A stretch of 64,000 bases of DNA from Candidatus Omnitrophota bacterium (GTDB lineage Bacteria > Omnitrophota > Omnitrophia > Omnitrophales > Aquincolibacteriaceae), in NCBI GenBank assembly GCA_022711115.1, contig JAKLFP010000003.1:9199-73198 (forward strand), given 5' to 3'. The notes under the pieces were generated by a model. That model made no database searches and was not told the origin of the DNA. It saw only the letters and a program-made list of their open reading frames with translations. The translations under genes were made by a program, and so were the position numbers. Positions 38,400 to 47,393 of the stretch are shown one piece after another. Positions within the stretch are counted from its first letter, which is position 1. The number at the start of each line of letters is the position of its first letter.

Positions 38400-39465
38400 T
38401 TACCAGTGCTTCGAATTTATCGAGAATAGCAACGATGCGTTCCTGTTCATCAAGAGGCGGAATCGGTATAAGGTAAGACTCAAAATCCCTAACACGAACA
38501 TGTGGCACTCCACTGCCTTTTTTCATGGAATGGATTGTTTCCTGTTTTTGCTTCAATAAGTAATAAACAAATTTAGCTTTTAGCAGGGCGTGATCCACAC
38601 GAACGCTGAACGCATCTGTGAGAAAGATCGGTTGGTTCCAGAAACTTACTAACCCCGCGTAAGCGCCAGACCTAGCGACAACGATAGTCTCTCCGCTTCT
38701 GTTACTCTCGTTGTGAAAATAAATAGGGCTGGGCGCATTTGCAACAACCGGAATTTCACCAGCTGTGGTTTCCTTAGCCGTTATGGCTGTCCCTCGCATA
38801 AGCTGGCCGACCTCCGCCAGTGACTTCCATTCAACATCTTCTTCAAACGTCAATAGTTCTTCGCTATAATAATTATATTGGTGTTTTCTCGCCTCCAGCT
38901 CCGCCTCCAGCTCCGCCTCCAGCTCCGTAAAGTTATCTAAAATTTTCACGATTTCTTGTTGAACGGCAAGTGGTGGCGTAGAGATTCCAATCTCTAACAT
39001 CTTTCCTTTAGTCAACTTTGCTCGAGTTCCGCCAGTCAAGTACGGAACAAAGTTCATATTTTTAAGGTAATGAAATAGGAATCTGTTATCGAGATCACCA
39101 TTTCCTCTTACAACATGAACGTGATTATTTGCCCAAAATTTACCCGAAGCAAATTGTATTGAATAATTCTCCAAACTTGCGGAACCATCTTCAGCAATCA
39201 GCACATAATCGCCTTCATGGGTAAAACCCTCAACGTAATCTTGAATGTTGTTCGCGCCATAGTATGGAATTTCACCCGCTAGGCGCAAACTTGACTTTAC
39301 CGGCTTTCTTTTATTGTCCGCAATTTCACAAATTTCTCCTAATTCCTTAAGCTCCACACCATCGGGACAAATTCCGGCGATTAGTTTTTCAATTTTATTC
39401 ATAGACTTATTCATGCTTGTTTTCAATATCAGCAACAATTTCATCAATCGCCGTGCGCAGTTCAT
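38284..39465 (-). CDS. hsdS: Type I restriction-modification specificity subunit
   Basis: Two target-recognition domains separated by a central conserved helix carrying an ELEA x3 repeat. Confidence 0.75.
   Translation of the reverse strand: MNCARRLMKLLLILKTSMNKSMNKIEKLIAGICPDGVELKELGEICEIADNKRKPVKSSLRLAGEIPYYGANNIQDYVEGFTHEGDYVLIAEDGSASLENYSIQFASGKFWANNHVHVVRGNGDLDNRFLFHYLKNMNFVPYLTGGTRAKLTKGKMLEIGISTPPLAVQQEIVKILDNFTELEAELEAELEARKHQYNYYSEELLTFEEDVEWKSLAEVGQLMRGTAITAKETTAGEIPVVANAPSPIYFHNESNRSGETIVVARSGAYAGLVSFWNQPIFLTDAFSVRVDHALLKAKFVYYLLKQKQETIHSMKKGSGVPHVRVRDFESYLIPIPPLDEQERIVAILDKFEALVNDISMGLPAELDARKKQYEYYRKKLLTFKPLEKEYAKQ
38891..38926. repeat. perfect 12-bp direct repeat x3 (gcctccagctcc) encoding (AELE)3 in the HsdS central spacer helix
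   Basis: Read directly from the sequence. Confidence 0.8.
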
Positions 39466-40987
39466 TTTGCCGCGTAACGATGCCTTTTATTTCCGCATTG
39501 AGTTTCTTAATATCGATCACTTCGCGGGTGTCTTTTTGCGCTACATAGGTGGATACCGCGATGTTGTAGCCGTTTTCCTCAATAGTTTTGTAATCTACGA
39601 GCTTCGCGAAATGTTCGATATCATCACGTTTGGTAAACGCCTTGAGGATTTTGGCGCGGTTTTCATCGCTCAGCTTGTTCTTGTTGCCGCCTCGGACAAA
39701 TTCGGTTGATGCGTCAATGAACAGGATTTTATTATCTTTCTTGCTTTTTTTGAGCACGATGACACAAGTTGCGATGGTCGTGCCGAAGAAAAGATCGGGC
39801 GGAAGCTGGATCACGGTATCGATGTAGTTGTTATCCACCAGATATTTGCGAATCTTCTGCTCTGCGCCGCCGCGGTAAAGAACGCCCGGAAATTCAACGA
39901 TAGCCGCCGTGCCGCTCGTGGAAAGCCATGAGAGCATGTGCATAGTAAAGGCAAGATCGGCCTTGCTTTTCGGGGCCAGAACTCCCGCAGGGGAGAAGCG
40001 AGGATCATTGATGAGAAGAGGATTGCTGTCGCCATCCCATTTGATTGAATACGGTGGATTGGAAACGATAGCGTCAAACGGTTCGTCATCCCAGTGCTTT
40101 GCGTCGGTTAGCGTATCCCCGTGGGCAATATCGAAGTGATTGTAATTGATATCGTGCAAAAACATATTGATGCGGCACAGGTTGTATGTGGTGAGATTGA
40201 TTTCCTGCCCAAAGAAGCCTAATCTCACGTTTCCCTTGCCGAGAATCTTGGCAAACTTTAGAAGAAGCGAACCAGACCCGCAGGCCGGGTCATAGACCTT
40301 GTTGACTTCCTTCTTACCCACAGTCGACAGACAAGCAAGCAGTTCGCTCACTTCCTGCGGCGTAAAAAATTCGCCTCCGGATTTTCCCGCGTTGGAAGCG
40401 TACATGGTCATCAAGAACTCATAAGCGTCCCCAAAAGCGTCAATCGTATTGTCGTAATAATTACCCAACCGGAGGTCGCCGATTGCTTCCAAAAGCTTCA
40501 CAAGTTTCTGGTTTCTTTTCTCAACGGTATTTCCTAGCTTGCTGGAATTTACATCAAGATCGTCAAACAAACCTTTGAGATCATCTTCGCTGTCCGAACC
40601 CTTGGCCGATTTTTCAATGTTGCGAAATACCGCGGCGAGCGTTTCGTTAAGATTAGCGTCCTGACGCGCTTTCGCGCGGACATTGACAAAAAGCTCGCTC
40701 GGCAAAATGTAAAATCCTTTTTCCTTCACCGTATCAGCACGCCCGAATTCAGCTTTCTTGTCCGGTATCTTGGTATAGTCAAAATCTTTATTGCCACTGC
40801 GCCGTTCGTCTTCATTGATATAGCTGGTGAGATTTTCACTGATGAAGCGGTAAAAAAGCATCCCTAAGACATATTGTTTGAAGTCCCAGCCGTCCACGCT
40901 GCCGCGCAGATCGTTTGCGATTTGCCAGATGGCTCGGTGCAGTTCAGCGCGTTCCTGCTCTTTGGTTGTATTGAGATTATTTGCCAT
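39407..40987 (-). CDS. hsdM: Type I restriction-modification DNA methyltransferase subunit (N6-adenine)
   Basis: Motif [11 protein letters not shown] and motif IV NPPY, with an HsdM N-terminal domain. Confidence 0.8.
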   Translation of the reverse strand: MANNLNTTKEQERAELHRAIWQIANDLRGSVDGWDFKQYVLGMLFYRFISENLTSYINEDERRSGNKDFDYTKIPDKKAEFGRADTVKEKGFYILPSELFVNVRAKARQDANLNETLAAVFRNIEKSAKGSDSEDDLKGLFDDLDVNSSKLGNTVEKRNQKLVKLLEAIGDLRLGNYYDNTIDAFGDAYEFLMTMYASNAGKSGGEFFTPQEVSELLACLSTVGKKEVNKVYDPACGSGSLLLKFAKILGKGNVRLGFFGQEINLTTYNLCRINMFLHDINYNHFDIAHGDTLTDAKHWDDEPFDAIVSNPPYSIKWDGDSNPLLINDPRFSPAGVLAPKSKADLAFTMHMLSWLSTSGTAAIVEFPGVLYRGGAEQKIRKYLVDNNYIDTVIQLPPDLFFGTTIATCVIVLKKSKKDNKILFIDASTEFVRGGNKNKLSDENRAKILKAFTKRDDIEHFAKLVDYKTIEENGYNIAVSTYVAQKDTREVIDIKKLNAEIKGIVTRQNELRTAIDEIVADIENKHE

Positions 40988-41176
40988 TTATGATCTCCGT
41001 GTCTTTGCAGGTCGCTGCTTCCTGACCCAATTATCCACTTCCTTCAAATCAAATCTCCACTGCCCGCCTACTTTTGAAGCTGGCATCTTCCCCTTTTGGC
41101 AAAGCCGGTAGATCTTCTCCCTAGATACTTGCAGATAGCCAGCTATTTGCTCAATCGTTAGCCATTTATCAGTCAT
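40988..41176 (-). CDS. excisionase-family (MerR-like) DNA-binding protein
   Basis: 62 aa with LTIEQIAGYLQVSREKIYRLCQKGKMPASKVGGQWRF. It abuts the hsdM start. Confidence 0.6.
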   Translation of the reverse strand: MTDKWLTIEQIAGYLQVSREKIYRLCQKGKMPASKVGGQWRFDLKEVDNWVRKQRPAKTRRS

Positions 41177-41367
41177 TTTTTATCCCTTAAATTCGGTCCA
41201 AAATTGGATTGCGAAAATTGACCAAATTATACCAAGGAATGACTGCCAAGGCATTGACTTTTACTGGACTATTCCTGGGAGGGATTTTACAGGGTAAGAG
41301 CGACAGCGTCATGTCGCGAGGAGTTTTGAATGTCACTTTCCGACGAAATACGACAATATTTTTCGTT

Positions 41368-42216
41368 TCAGAGCCTATGACGTCTAAACCTTCTTGCATT
41401 TAGTAGCGCGAGAGGATCCGGATATTGTCTTCCGGTATGAGCGGCAGCGTTCTCACGCTGGAGCCGAATATATTCCGCGATATAGCAAAGATTCCCTTGA
41501 GCAATAAGTAAGTCAGGGGCCGTAGAAGCTAATTTTACAAGTTCTTCCCGCCTCACTCCGGCTACTACAGCAAACCCTTCCACACGATTGGGAAATAGAC
41601 ACCACAGAGCGGAACGTCTCGCATCTTCCTGAGGAACAGAATCATCCCTACCCTGAAAATCAAAATAAACTGGAACTGAACATGTAAGCCAGTTTGCAGG
41701 GAAACATTCATCAGGAAACGACGAAAGAAAAAAGCCCTTAACTGTTTGTCTGAGACTCCTAAAACCTTTACAAAATCGCGGGTAGTCCCTTATGAGACGC
41801 GTACCATCAACAACCCATAACATATTTTTATAGAAACGTTCGCGGCTTTGCATTTCATCGGGCTGGATTGCGGAACGTTGAAATTCTATTACCAATCCAC
41901 TAGTTGTTTTAATGTCTGCTTTATGTATTTCTCCGGATGCAGGATCTCTGTGGATTATTTCTTGGCAATTTTCAGGAAAACGATTTTTCCATGCTCTGTG
42001 CCATTCCGTTTCATTCTCCCACCACGAATCACATGAAATTTTACTTTTGTGCGCCCAATGCTTAATTCTTTCTTTCCCGCATTTAGCAATCATAACGCTT
42101 TGGCAAATGTCACAAGTACCTCGCAGTCCTTGCTGAGCTTCCGCCTTAACTCCGTTTATTTGAGCGAATTTCATAGTCCGGTCCTTGTAAGCAATTTTCC
42201 AAACGCATTTCCACAA
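41368..42216 (-). CDS. CoiA-like competence-family protein (nuclease-like)
   Basis: CDIC...AKCG...HWAH...C..WWENETEWH matches the CoiA N-terminal pattern. The real start is probably MKFAQING. Confidence 0.55.
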   Translation of the reverse strand: MWKCVWKIAYKDRTMKFAQINGVKAEAQQGLRGTCDICQSVMIAKCGKERIKHWAHKSKISCDSWWENETEWHRAWKNRFPENCQEIIHRDPASGEIHKADIKTTSGLVIEFQRSAIQPDEMQSRERFYKNMLWVVDGTRLIRDYPRFCKGFRSLRQTVKGFFLSSFPDECFPANWLTCSVPVYFDFQGRDDSVPQEDARRSALWCLFPNRVEGFAVVAGVRREELVKLASTAPDLLIAQGNLCYIAEYIRLQRENAAAHTGRQYPDPLALLNARRFRRHRL

Positions 42217-42265
42217 ATTGGATGCAAATATTACTTTTCGGGCAGACGATCAAAAACGGACACCA

Positions 42266-42853
42266 TCATGAGACATTTCGATTTTTTAGCCACAGATCAA
42301 AAACATATCCAGTCGCAACCCGAAATTGAGAAACATCCGATTCGAAACAATAGCACACCGTTTTATCCCCTGCGCTTCCGAGAAAATTTCTAATATCCGT
42401 TAAAAATTGCTCGGCTGTTTGCAAAAAAAAGCTTAGTTTTTCAACCGCAGGGATCCAAAAAGAACTTTCGCCTGGCTTCTCAGGCTTTAAATGGCCAATT
42501 CTTTTATTTCGAAAATCTGACAGATTCTTATAATCTTGGCCGCTTACTAACTCGTTCATGCCAACAAAAAGTTTATCTGCTTCAGGAATATCCAGAAAAC
42601 GATTCTTAAAAATATTCAAATAATCTCCATATATTTTACAAATAGTCAAAACCATCATATCCCGAGCCACGCGCTGCAAATTAGCCCAAAAAGTTTTACC
42701 GCATCCTCCATTGTTCACCTTACTCGCATTTTCCCCAATGTGTCCCCAAAGAAACAAAGTCATTCGAAAATCATAAATAAGCGCATGGAAATGCTGACAC
42801 AAATCATCCATGGTTTCCGAATCAATATTTTTATTTCCAAATTTAACTTTCAT
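42266..42853 (-). CDS. HEPN-like (Rx4-6H motif) Abi-type protein, tentative
   Basis: 195 aa, helical, with an RNKRIGH motif near the C-terminal third. No other recognisable domain. Confidence 0.3.
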   Translation of the reverse strand: MKVKFGNKNIDSETMDDLCQHFHALIYDFRMTLFLWGHIGENASKVNNGGCGKTFWANLQRVARDMMVLTICKIYGDYLNIFKNRFLDIPEADKLFVGMNELVSGQDYKNLSDFRNKRIGHLKPEKPGESSFWIPAVEKLSFFLQTAEQFLTDIRNFLGSAGDKTVCYCFESDVSQFRVATGYVFDLWLKNRNVS

Positions 42854-42987
42854 AGATGCCTTTCTTTAAACAAAATTCGCATTCTGCATAAATTACGACT
42901 CTCAGAAATTCGGTCCAGCCCCCTCCCAGAGGACTTAGCATCTAGCTGACGAGCGCATAGGAGGTTGGGACATTCACGATTTTATAT

Positions 42988-43341
42988 TCATCCCTTTTTA
43001 TATTGTTTCTTAATCCTTGGTTCCCGTGCCCGATCGTTTGCATTTTGTTTTTGGGTCCACTTTGGTGCCCAAACTACCCGGTTATTTGTAATGGAGTAAT
43101 GAGACTGGCAAGGCAGGTTCCAGTTTCCTATCGAGGGATAGAGCGAAACGGTTTTGCCATCAAAAATCAGTTTCCAGCCCGCCGGTGAAAGCGGCGTTAC
43201 GACCTCCCGTCCACAGCCACAACAACACTTGTGCAGGACGGTGCAATAGGTGTACGAAATATAAAGCGTTCGCTCCTTGAGTTCATTGGGGATGAACTCC
43301 ACGAATTCATGGCTGAGAACGATCTCATGCGCCATAAACAT
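42988..43341 (-). CDS. Cys-rich DUF6527-like zinc-binding protein (ubiquitin-like-system accessory)
   Basis: HKCCCGCGREVVTPLSPAGW...SLYPSIGNW...CQSHY. Coupled by a 17-nt overlap to the E1 gene. Confidence 0.45.
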   Translation of the reverse strand: MFMAHEIVLSHEFVEFIPNELKERTLYISYTYCTVLHKCCCGCGREVVTPLSPAGWKLIFDGKTVSLYPSIGNWNLPCQSHYSITNNRVVWAPKWTQKQNANDRAREPRIKKQYKKG

Positions 43342-44524
43342 CCTCCGATATTAGTTGATTCGATCTAATCGTATAGGCGCAATAATGCTCTTTGGTCACA
43401 TCGTCAAAATATCCGCAAAGCTTCTTCCATTTGATAACTGCAAGAGCCGCGTTCAATGCGCTTAGTTCTGAAATTTGGACATTTTGGGAATATTCATTGG
43501 GCGCTTCGCCATCGGATAAAGCAATGCGACTGTTGATGTGATCACGCTTGTCTACGGTGCTGGCCGTAACCGTGACAATCCCTGCAAGTGTATTGTTTTC
43601 TCCAAGTTGGATTCCCATCCCTACGTCAATGAATGGAATACTCCATTCTTGCAGTCGCTCGATAATTAACCGCTTGCTTATGCCTTTATCGATGCAAATG
43701 AAGACAAAATTCATATTCTTAAGTTGCTCGATCGTATATTCATCAACGAAGAAGTCGTGAGGAATAATCCTTTTTCGCATCTGCGAATATATGCTTGCAA
43801 GATAATGGGCTTTCCGATGTTTTTTGCCAAGTTCGTCTCTTGATGGCGCTCCGGGGCATCTAAACGCATTGTGGTTCAAGAAAAGATCGTGGTCAAAAAG
43901 ATGAATCTCCTCGACGGGCGTCTTGGCAACAAAGTCAAGCACGTAACTGCCTGTTGCGCCAGCACCTACGATGGCGATCTTCTGCCCCTCCAACTTTTGA
44001 TTGGCTAGGACAATGCCCGCTTTGGTGGGTGCGGTATCGAGGTAGTTGAAGATTGAATCATCCTCTTCATCGGGCACAACCACGGGATTAGTATAGGCCG
44101 TAACGGTTGGATCGATCGCCTGTGCCGGACTACAAACAATTGCGATATAAGTTTTTATCTTCTCGTAATAATCCACATATCTGCCAGCTGTCGGACCCGT
44201 TGTGGGTTTCCTCGAAATTTGATGGTTGGGGGCAAGACCATCACCCAGAGATTGGTTGACGTTTTGAGTTACTCCGGGCAAGACAGAGCCGTGCTCGTCA
44301 CAAGGCGGGTCACCTACAAAAAAAATGACATGCGACGTCGGGGCAACGGTGACTTCTCCAGCGAGGTCAAGCACGGATGCAATAATTCCGCGCTTGACCT
44401 CCTTGGCGGCGTTCACATAAGGAACGCCGCAGACGAATAAGTACTTCGACTTGCTGGAGATATCTAAACCTTCAGCACGAAGTCTGCTCAGATCGGTATT
44501 AAGACTGACCAGTTTCTGTGACAT
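43325..44524 (-). CDS. ThiF/MoeB-family E1-like adenylyltransferase with an N-terminal roughly 190-aa E2-like extension
   Basis: Rossmann GxGxxG in IAIVGAGATGSYVLDFV, with downstream NHNAFRCPG and RIIPHDF. The N-terminal domain has H...C spacing (SHVIFFVGDPPC) compatible with a UBC-like active site. Confidence 0.65.
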   Translation of the reverse strand: MSQKLVSLNTDLSRLRAEGLDISSKSKYLFVCGVPYVNAAKEVKRGIIASVLDLAGEVTVAPTSHVIFFVGDPPCDEHGSVLPGVTQNVNQSLGDGLAPNHQISRKPTTGPTAGRYVDYYEKIKTYIAIVCSPAQAIDPTVTAYTNPVVVPDEEDDSIFNYLDTAPTKAGIVLANQKLEGQKIAIVGAGATGSYVLDFVAKTPVEEIHLFDHDLFLNHNAFRCPGAPSRDELGKKHRKAHYLASIYSQMRKRIIPHDFFVDEYTIEQLKNMNFVFICIDKGISKRLIIERLQEWSIPFIDVGMGIQLGENNTLAGIVTVTASTVDKRDHINSRIALSDGEAPNEYSQNVQISELSALNAALAVIKWKKLCGYFDDVTKEHYCAYTIRSNQLISEDVYGA

Positions 44525-44729
44525 CGAACTTCATTCCGTTTTGGAGCTGAACGCTTTTACCAGGGGTGAGGCTCCCCCCCTGATTGCCGTGACTCCAGGT
44601 AACCGTAAAAAATGCGTTCGGTGGAACGGGATTAAAGGCTAACGCCACAACCCGCTCGAAGGTGATGGATGGTCCTGGTTCCTTTTTGGGCCGCCCGTTG
44701 ACGATGATGTTGAATTCATTGTGATTCAT
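44499..44729 (-). CDS. small beta-grasp/ubiquitin-like candidate protein (76 aa) ending ...TGQS
   Basis: Its size and position as the first gene of the E1 operon suggest this. A strong SD (aggagga) precedes it, and it overlaps the E1 start. Confidence 0.35.
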   Translation of the reverse strand: MNHNEFNIIVNGRPKKEPGPSITFERVVALAFNPVPPNAFFTVTWSHGNQGGSLTPGKSVQLQNGMKFDVTETGQS

Positions 44730-44826
44730 ATGTCCTCCTGTTCTATTAGCGACCTTTTTCTTAATCTTTCTGGCACAACCGCGCCGCTTTTAACGGTTAC
44801 GCTTTCAGAATAAATTTTATCAAGCC

Positions 44827-44875
44827 CGCTAAGTTTGTCAAGCAAATAAAATTAGCGCGCTTGACATCCTTAGCG
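44827..44875. promoter_or_regulatory. 15/17-bp inverted repeat operator candidate (cgctaagtttgtcaagc ... gcttgacatccttagcg) overlapping a TTGACA-N17-TATCCT promoter
   Basis: Read from the divergent intergenic region between the Ubl operon and the HTH/ImmA pair. Confidence 0.45.
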
Positions 44876-44903
44876 TTCAGCGATATCCTATGGCTGTCAG
44901 GAG

Positions 44904-45254
44904 GTGATAACCATGCCAGAAAAAGACCAGAATCTAGGCCAATATCTTAAAGAACTCCGGATAGTAAAAAACCTTAGCCTGCGCGATGTTGAGAAAGCCA
45001 CTAACAATTCCGTGTCAAACGCGTATTTGAGTCAATTAGAGTCAGGGAAAATTTCCAAACCCTCCCCTCACATATTAGAAAGTCTCGCAAAAGTCTATGA
45101 AGTGCATTACGAAGACCTTATGGCTGTAGCAGGTTATATGCGTTCATCCAAAACAAAAAAAAGTGGCGTCGCATTTTTTAACCAGCATGATCTCAGCGCC
45201 GAAGAAAAAAAGAAGTTGCTAGATTATTTGCAGTTTCTTAGAAAACAGAAATAA
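44904..45254 (+). CDS. XRE-family HTH transcriptional regulator (CapH-like)
   Basis: LGQYLKELRIVKNLSLRDVEKATNNSVSNAYLSQLESGK, preceded by an SD (aggaggtg). Confidence 0.75.
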   Translation: MITMPEKDQNLGQYLKELRIVKNLSLRDVEKATNNSVSNAYLSQLESGKISKPSPHILESLAKVYEVHYEDLMAVAGYMRSSKTKKSGVAFFNQHDLSAEEKKKLLDYLQFLRKQK

Positions 45255-46174
45255 TGAAAAAAGATGATTCAAGCCTCCATCCGGAAGAACTGAATAATGT
45301 GCGAAAACATGCTCGGTTGCTTCTTAATCAAGCAGATGCCCTTAATCAGCTTCCCACCCCCGTTGACCGATTAGTCGCAACGGCAAAGCTTACCGTTAAT
45401 CGCGAAGTTTCCCTTAGCCAAGACGAAAGTCTCCTGTCAAGATTCAGCACCAACATAGGTAAGATCGCTCGACCTCATCTTCATGGTGTTAAAAAGCTTC
45501 TCGGCCTGCTTCATGTACCCTCCGGTGAGATTTGGATTGATCAATCTCAACACGAAAGCAAAAAAAAGTTTATTAAACTTCATGAGACTGGTCATGGATT
45601 TATACCTCATCAGAAGAAAATGTATGAATTTATGGAGGATGGCATGCTCGAACTCGCTCCGGAAATCGAAGACCAGTTTGAACGAGAAGCGAATAATTTT
45701 GCATCCGAAACACTATTCCAGTTAGATAAATATGAAAAAATGGCCGCGGATTACGAAATCTCAATAAAAACGCCTTTGGATTTGTCGAAAACATTTGGGG
45801 CGTCAGTATATTCAAGTATGCGACGATACATCCAAACTCATTTTGCTCCATTAGCCCTAGGCGTATACGACTTACCAAATCGTTCGCAAGGGACTAATTT
45901 GTTTTCCTTAAGAAGAGCGGCGATGTATTCTCCTTCCTTCTTCAAAGAATTCGGTGCGGTTCATTTTCCAGCAACATGCACCGAATCCGATTATTTAGGA
46001 TCGATATTAATGAGGGCAAAACTCCAGACTCATCATATTTGTTCGCTTAGAGACCTGAATGGGGACATCTACGAATGCGCTGTCCATGTTTTTTCCAATT
46101 CCTATGAAAAATTTGCAATGCTCATTCCTCTCAAAAAATCTTCGAAGAAACTATTGATTCATTGCTTAAATTAA
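45254..46174 (+). CDS. ImmA/IrrE-family zinc metallopeptidase (CapP-like)
   Basis: HExxH in LHETGHGFI. It abuts the HTH gene, the typical pairing. Confidence 0.7.
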   Translation: MKKDDSSLHPEELNNVRKHARLLLNQADALNQLPTPVDRLVATAKLTVNREVSLSQDESLLSRFSTNIGKIARPHLHGVKKLLGLLHVPSGEIWIDQSQHESKKKFIKLHETGHGFIPHQKKMYEFMEDGMLELAPEIEDQFEREANNFASETLFQLDKYEKMAADYEISIKTPLDLSKTFGASVYSSMRRYIQTHFAPLALGVYDLPNRSQGTNLFSLRRAAMYSPSFFKEFGAVHFPATCTESDYLGSILMRAKLQTHHICSLRDLNGDIYECAVHVFSNSYEKFAMLIPLKKSSKKLLIHCLN

Positions 46175-46190
46175 TTTTTAAACCTTAGGA

Positions 46191-46267
46191 TGTCGCTTTT
46201 TGAATTCAAAGCGACATTCGGGAAAAGCCAGTTAGGCGGTTGTGAACCAGCCCGGAACACAACCGCC
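46191..46267. terminator. two stem-loops between convergent genes (atgtcgcttt..aaagcgacat around an EcoRI site; ggcggttgtg..cacaaccgcc)
   Basis: Read directly. Likely bidirectional terminators. Confidence 0.4.
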
Positions 46268-46308
46268 AAGCCCATAGGGGCCTTTTCACTGAGGACTGCC
46301 GTCCAAAA

Positions 46309-47070
46309 TCAGCCGACTAAGGCGAGATCTTCTTTTTGCCGGTATGCTTGCGCCACCGGGAATGTCAGCATAAATGTAGTGCCGCACCCTTTGAAACTCG
46401 AAACGGTGATACTACCGCCGTTCCTCCGGACGAGCGCGTTAACGATACAGAGACCGAGACCGTTCCCGCCATTTTGCTCTTTCGTTGTTACAAACGGTTC
46501 GAAAAGACGGTTCAGGATCTCTTCGGGTATGCCGGGACCTGTATCGGCAATCGTGATCGTCGCTATCGGCACTTCTTTAGCCCGGAATCCGAGGCTCGCC
46601 CGGATGATCAATTTTCCCTTTTCTTTTTGATCGGAAGACTGCGTATTTTTCCCATAAGACATGGCTTGCGCGGCATTATCCGCAAGGCAATATAGAATCT
46701 CCGTAAGATCATTCTTGTCGCAAAGAACATTGGGAAATTCGCTGGCAATATGACTTATGATCTCAATATGTCCGGATTTTGAGCGCTGCCTTTGTAACAT
46801 TCCGGTTACTTCCTGCCAAACATCCTTGACCGAGGTGTGTTCGATATCGCCGGATGCTTTGGGAAGCGCCTTCATGGCAAGCCCGATTCTTTTCGTGATT
46901 AAAAGCGCCTTGTCAGTTTGAGAGTAAATGCGCTTCATCATTTCCCGGGCATGCTGCAAGGCTTCATCGTCATCGCGGAACCGTCCTTCTTCGAATCGGC
47001 AAAGGTGCGATTCGACGTATCCTTTCACGGTATACAAAACGCTCACGAGATTGTGGCGCATTTCCAACAT
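46309..47070 (-). CDS. cytoplasmic histidine kinase (HisKA plus HATPase_c only)
   Basis: H-box MRHNLVS, and G-boxes DTGPGIP and GGNGLGL. Confidence 0.6.
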   Translation of the reverse strand: MLEMRHNLVSVLYTVKGYVESHLCRFEEGRFRDDDEALQHAREMMKRIYSQTDKALLITKRIGLAMKALPKASGDIEHTSVKDVWQEVTGMLQRQRSKSGHIEIISHIASEFPNVLCDKNDLTEILYCLADNAAQAMSYGKNTQSSDQKEKGKLIIRASLGFRAKEVPIATITIADTGPGIPEEILNRLFEPFVTTKEQNGGNGLGLCIVNALVRRNGGSITVSSFKGCGTTFMLTFPVAQAYRQKEDLALVG

Positions 47071-47127
47071 GCTGTGCTCCTTCTATTCTGAATTTTACTT
47101 CTGCTTCAAAATACTCGATCGGATCAG

Positions 47128-47373
47128 CTAAATGATGCGCTGCCGTCTGAGAAATTTCGAGATACGTAATTTTTGTTCCTCCGAAAGCTCAAACAAACCA
47201 AGTTCCGCCTTCGAAATATCCGAAATGCTGACTCCTGTCCGCTCAAATAATTCGATCTTGGTAATCCCCCGCTCCTTGCGGCGTTGAAGAAGGCTTGCGC
47301 CGTATTCTTTGAGCATACGGTGGCGAGTAATTCTTCTCGCTTCTTCCATGGGCATTTCCATTAGCTCCATCAT
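47128..47373 (-). CDS. small HTH (XRE-like) protein
   Basis: GITKIELFERTGVSISDISKAELG. Confidence 0.4.
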   Translation of the reverse strand: MMELMEMPMEEARRITRHRMLKEYGASLLQRRKERGITKIELFERTGVSISDISKAELGLFELSEEQKLRISKFLRRQRII

Positions 47374-47393
47374 TCCTTCTCCCTTCTGGGAAT

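Noticed and set aside
38891-38926. Possible CRISPR-like short repeats (ELEA repeat; REP copies)
   Set aside because: The direct repeats are contiguous with no spacers and lie in-frame in hsdS. The REP copies are palindromic, dispersed and of opposite orientations. Neither fits CRISPR architecture.
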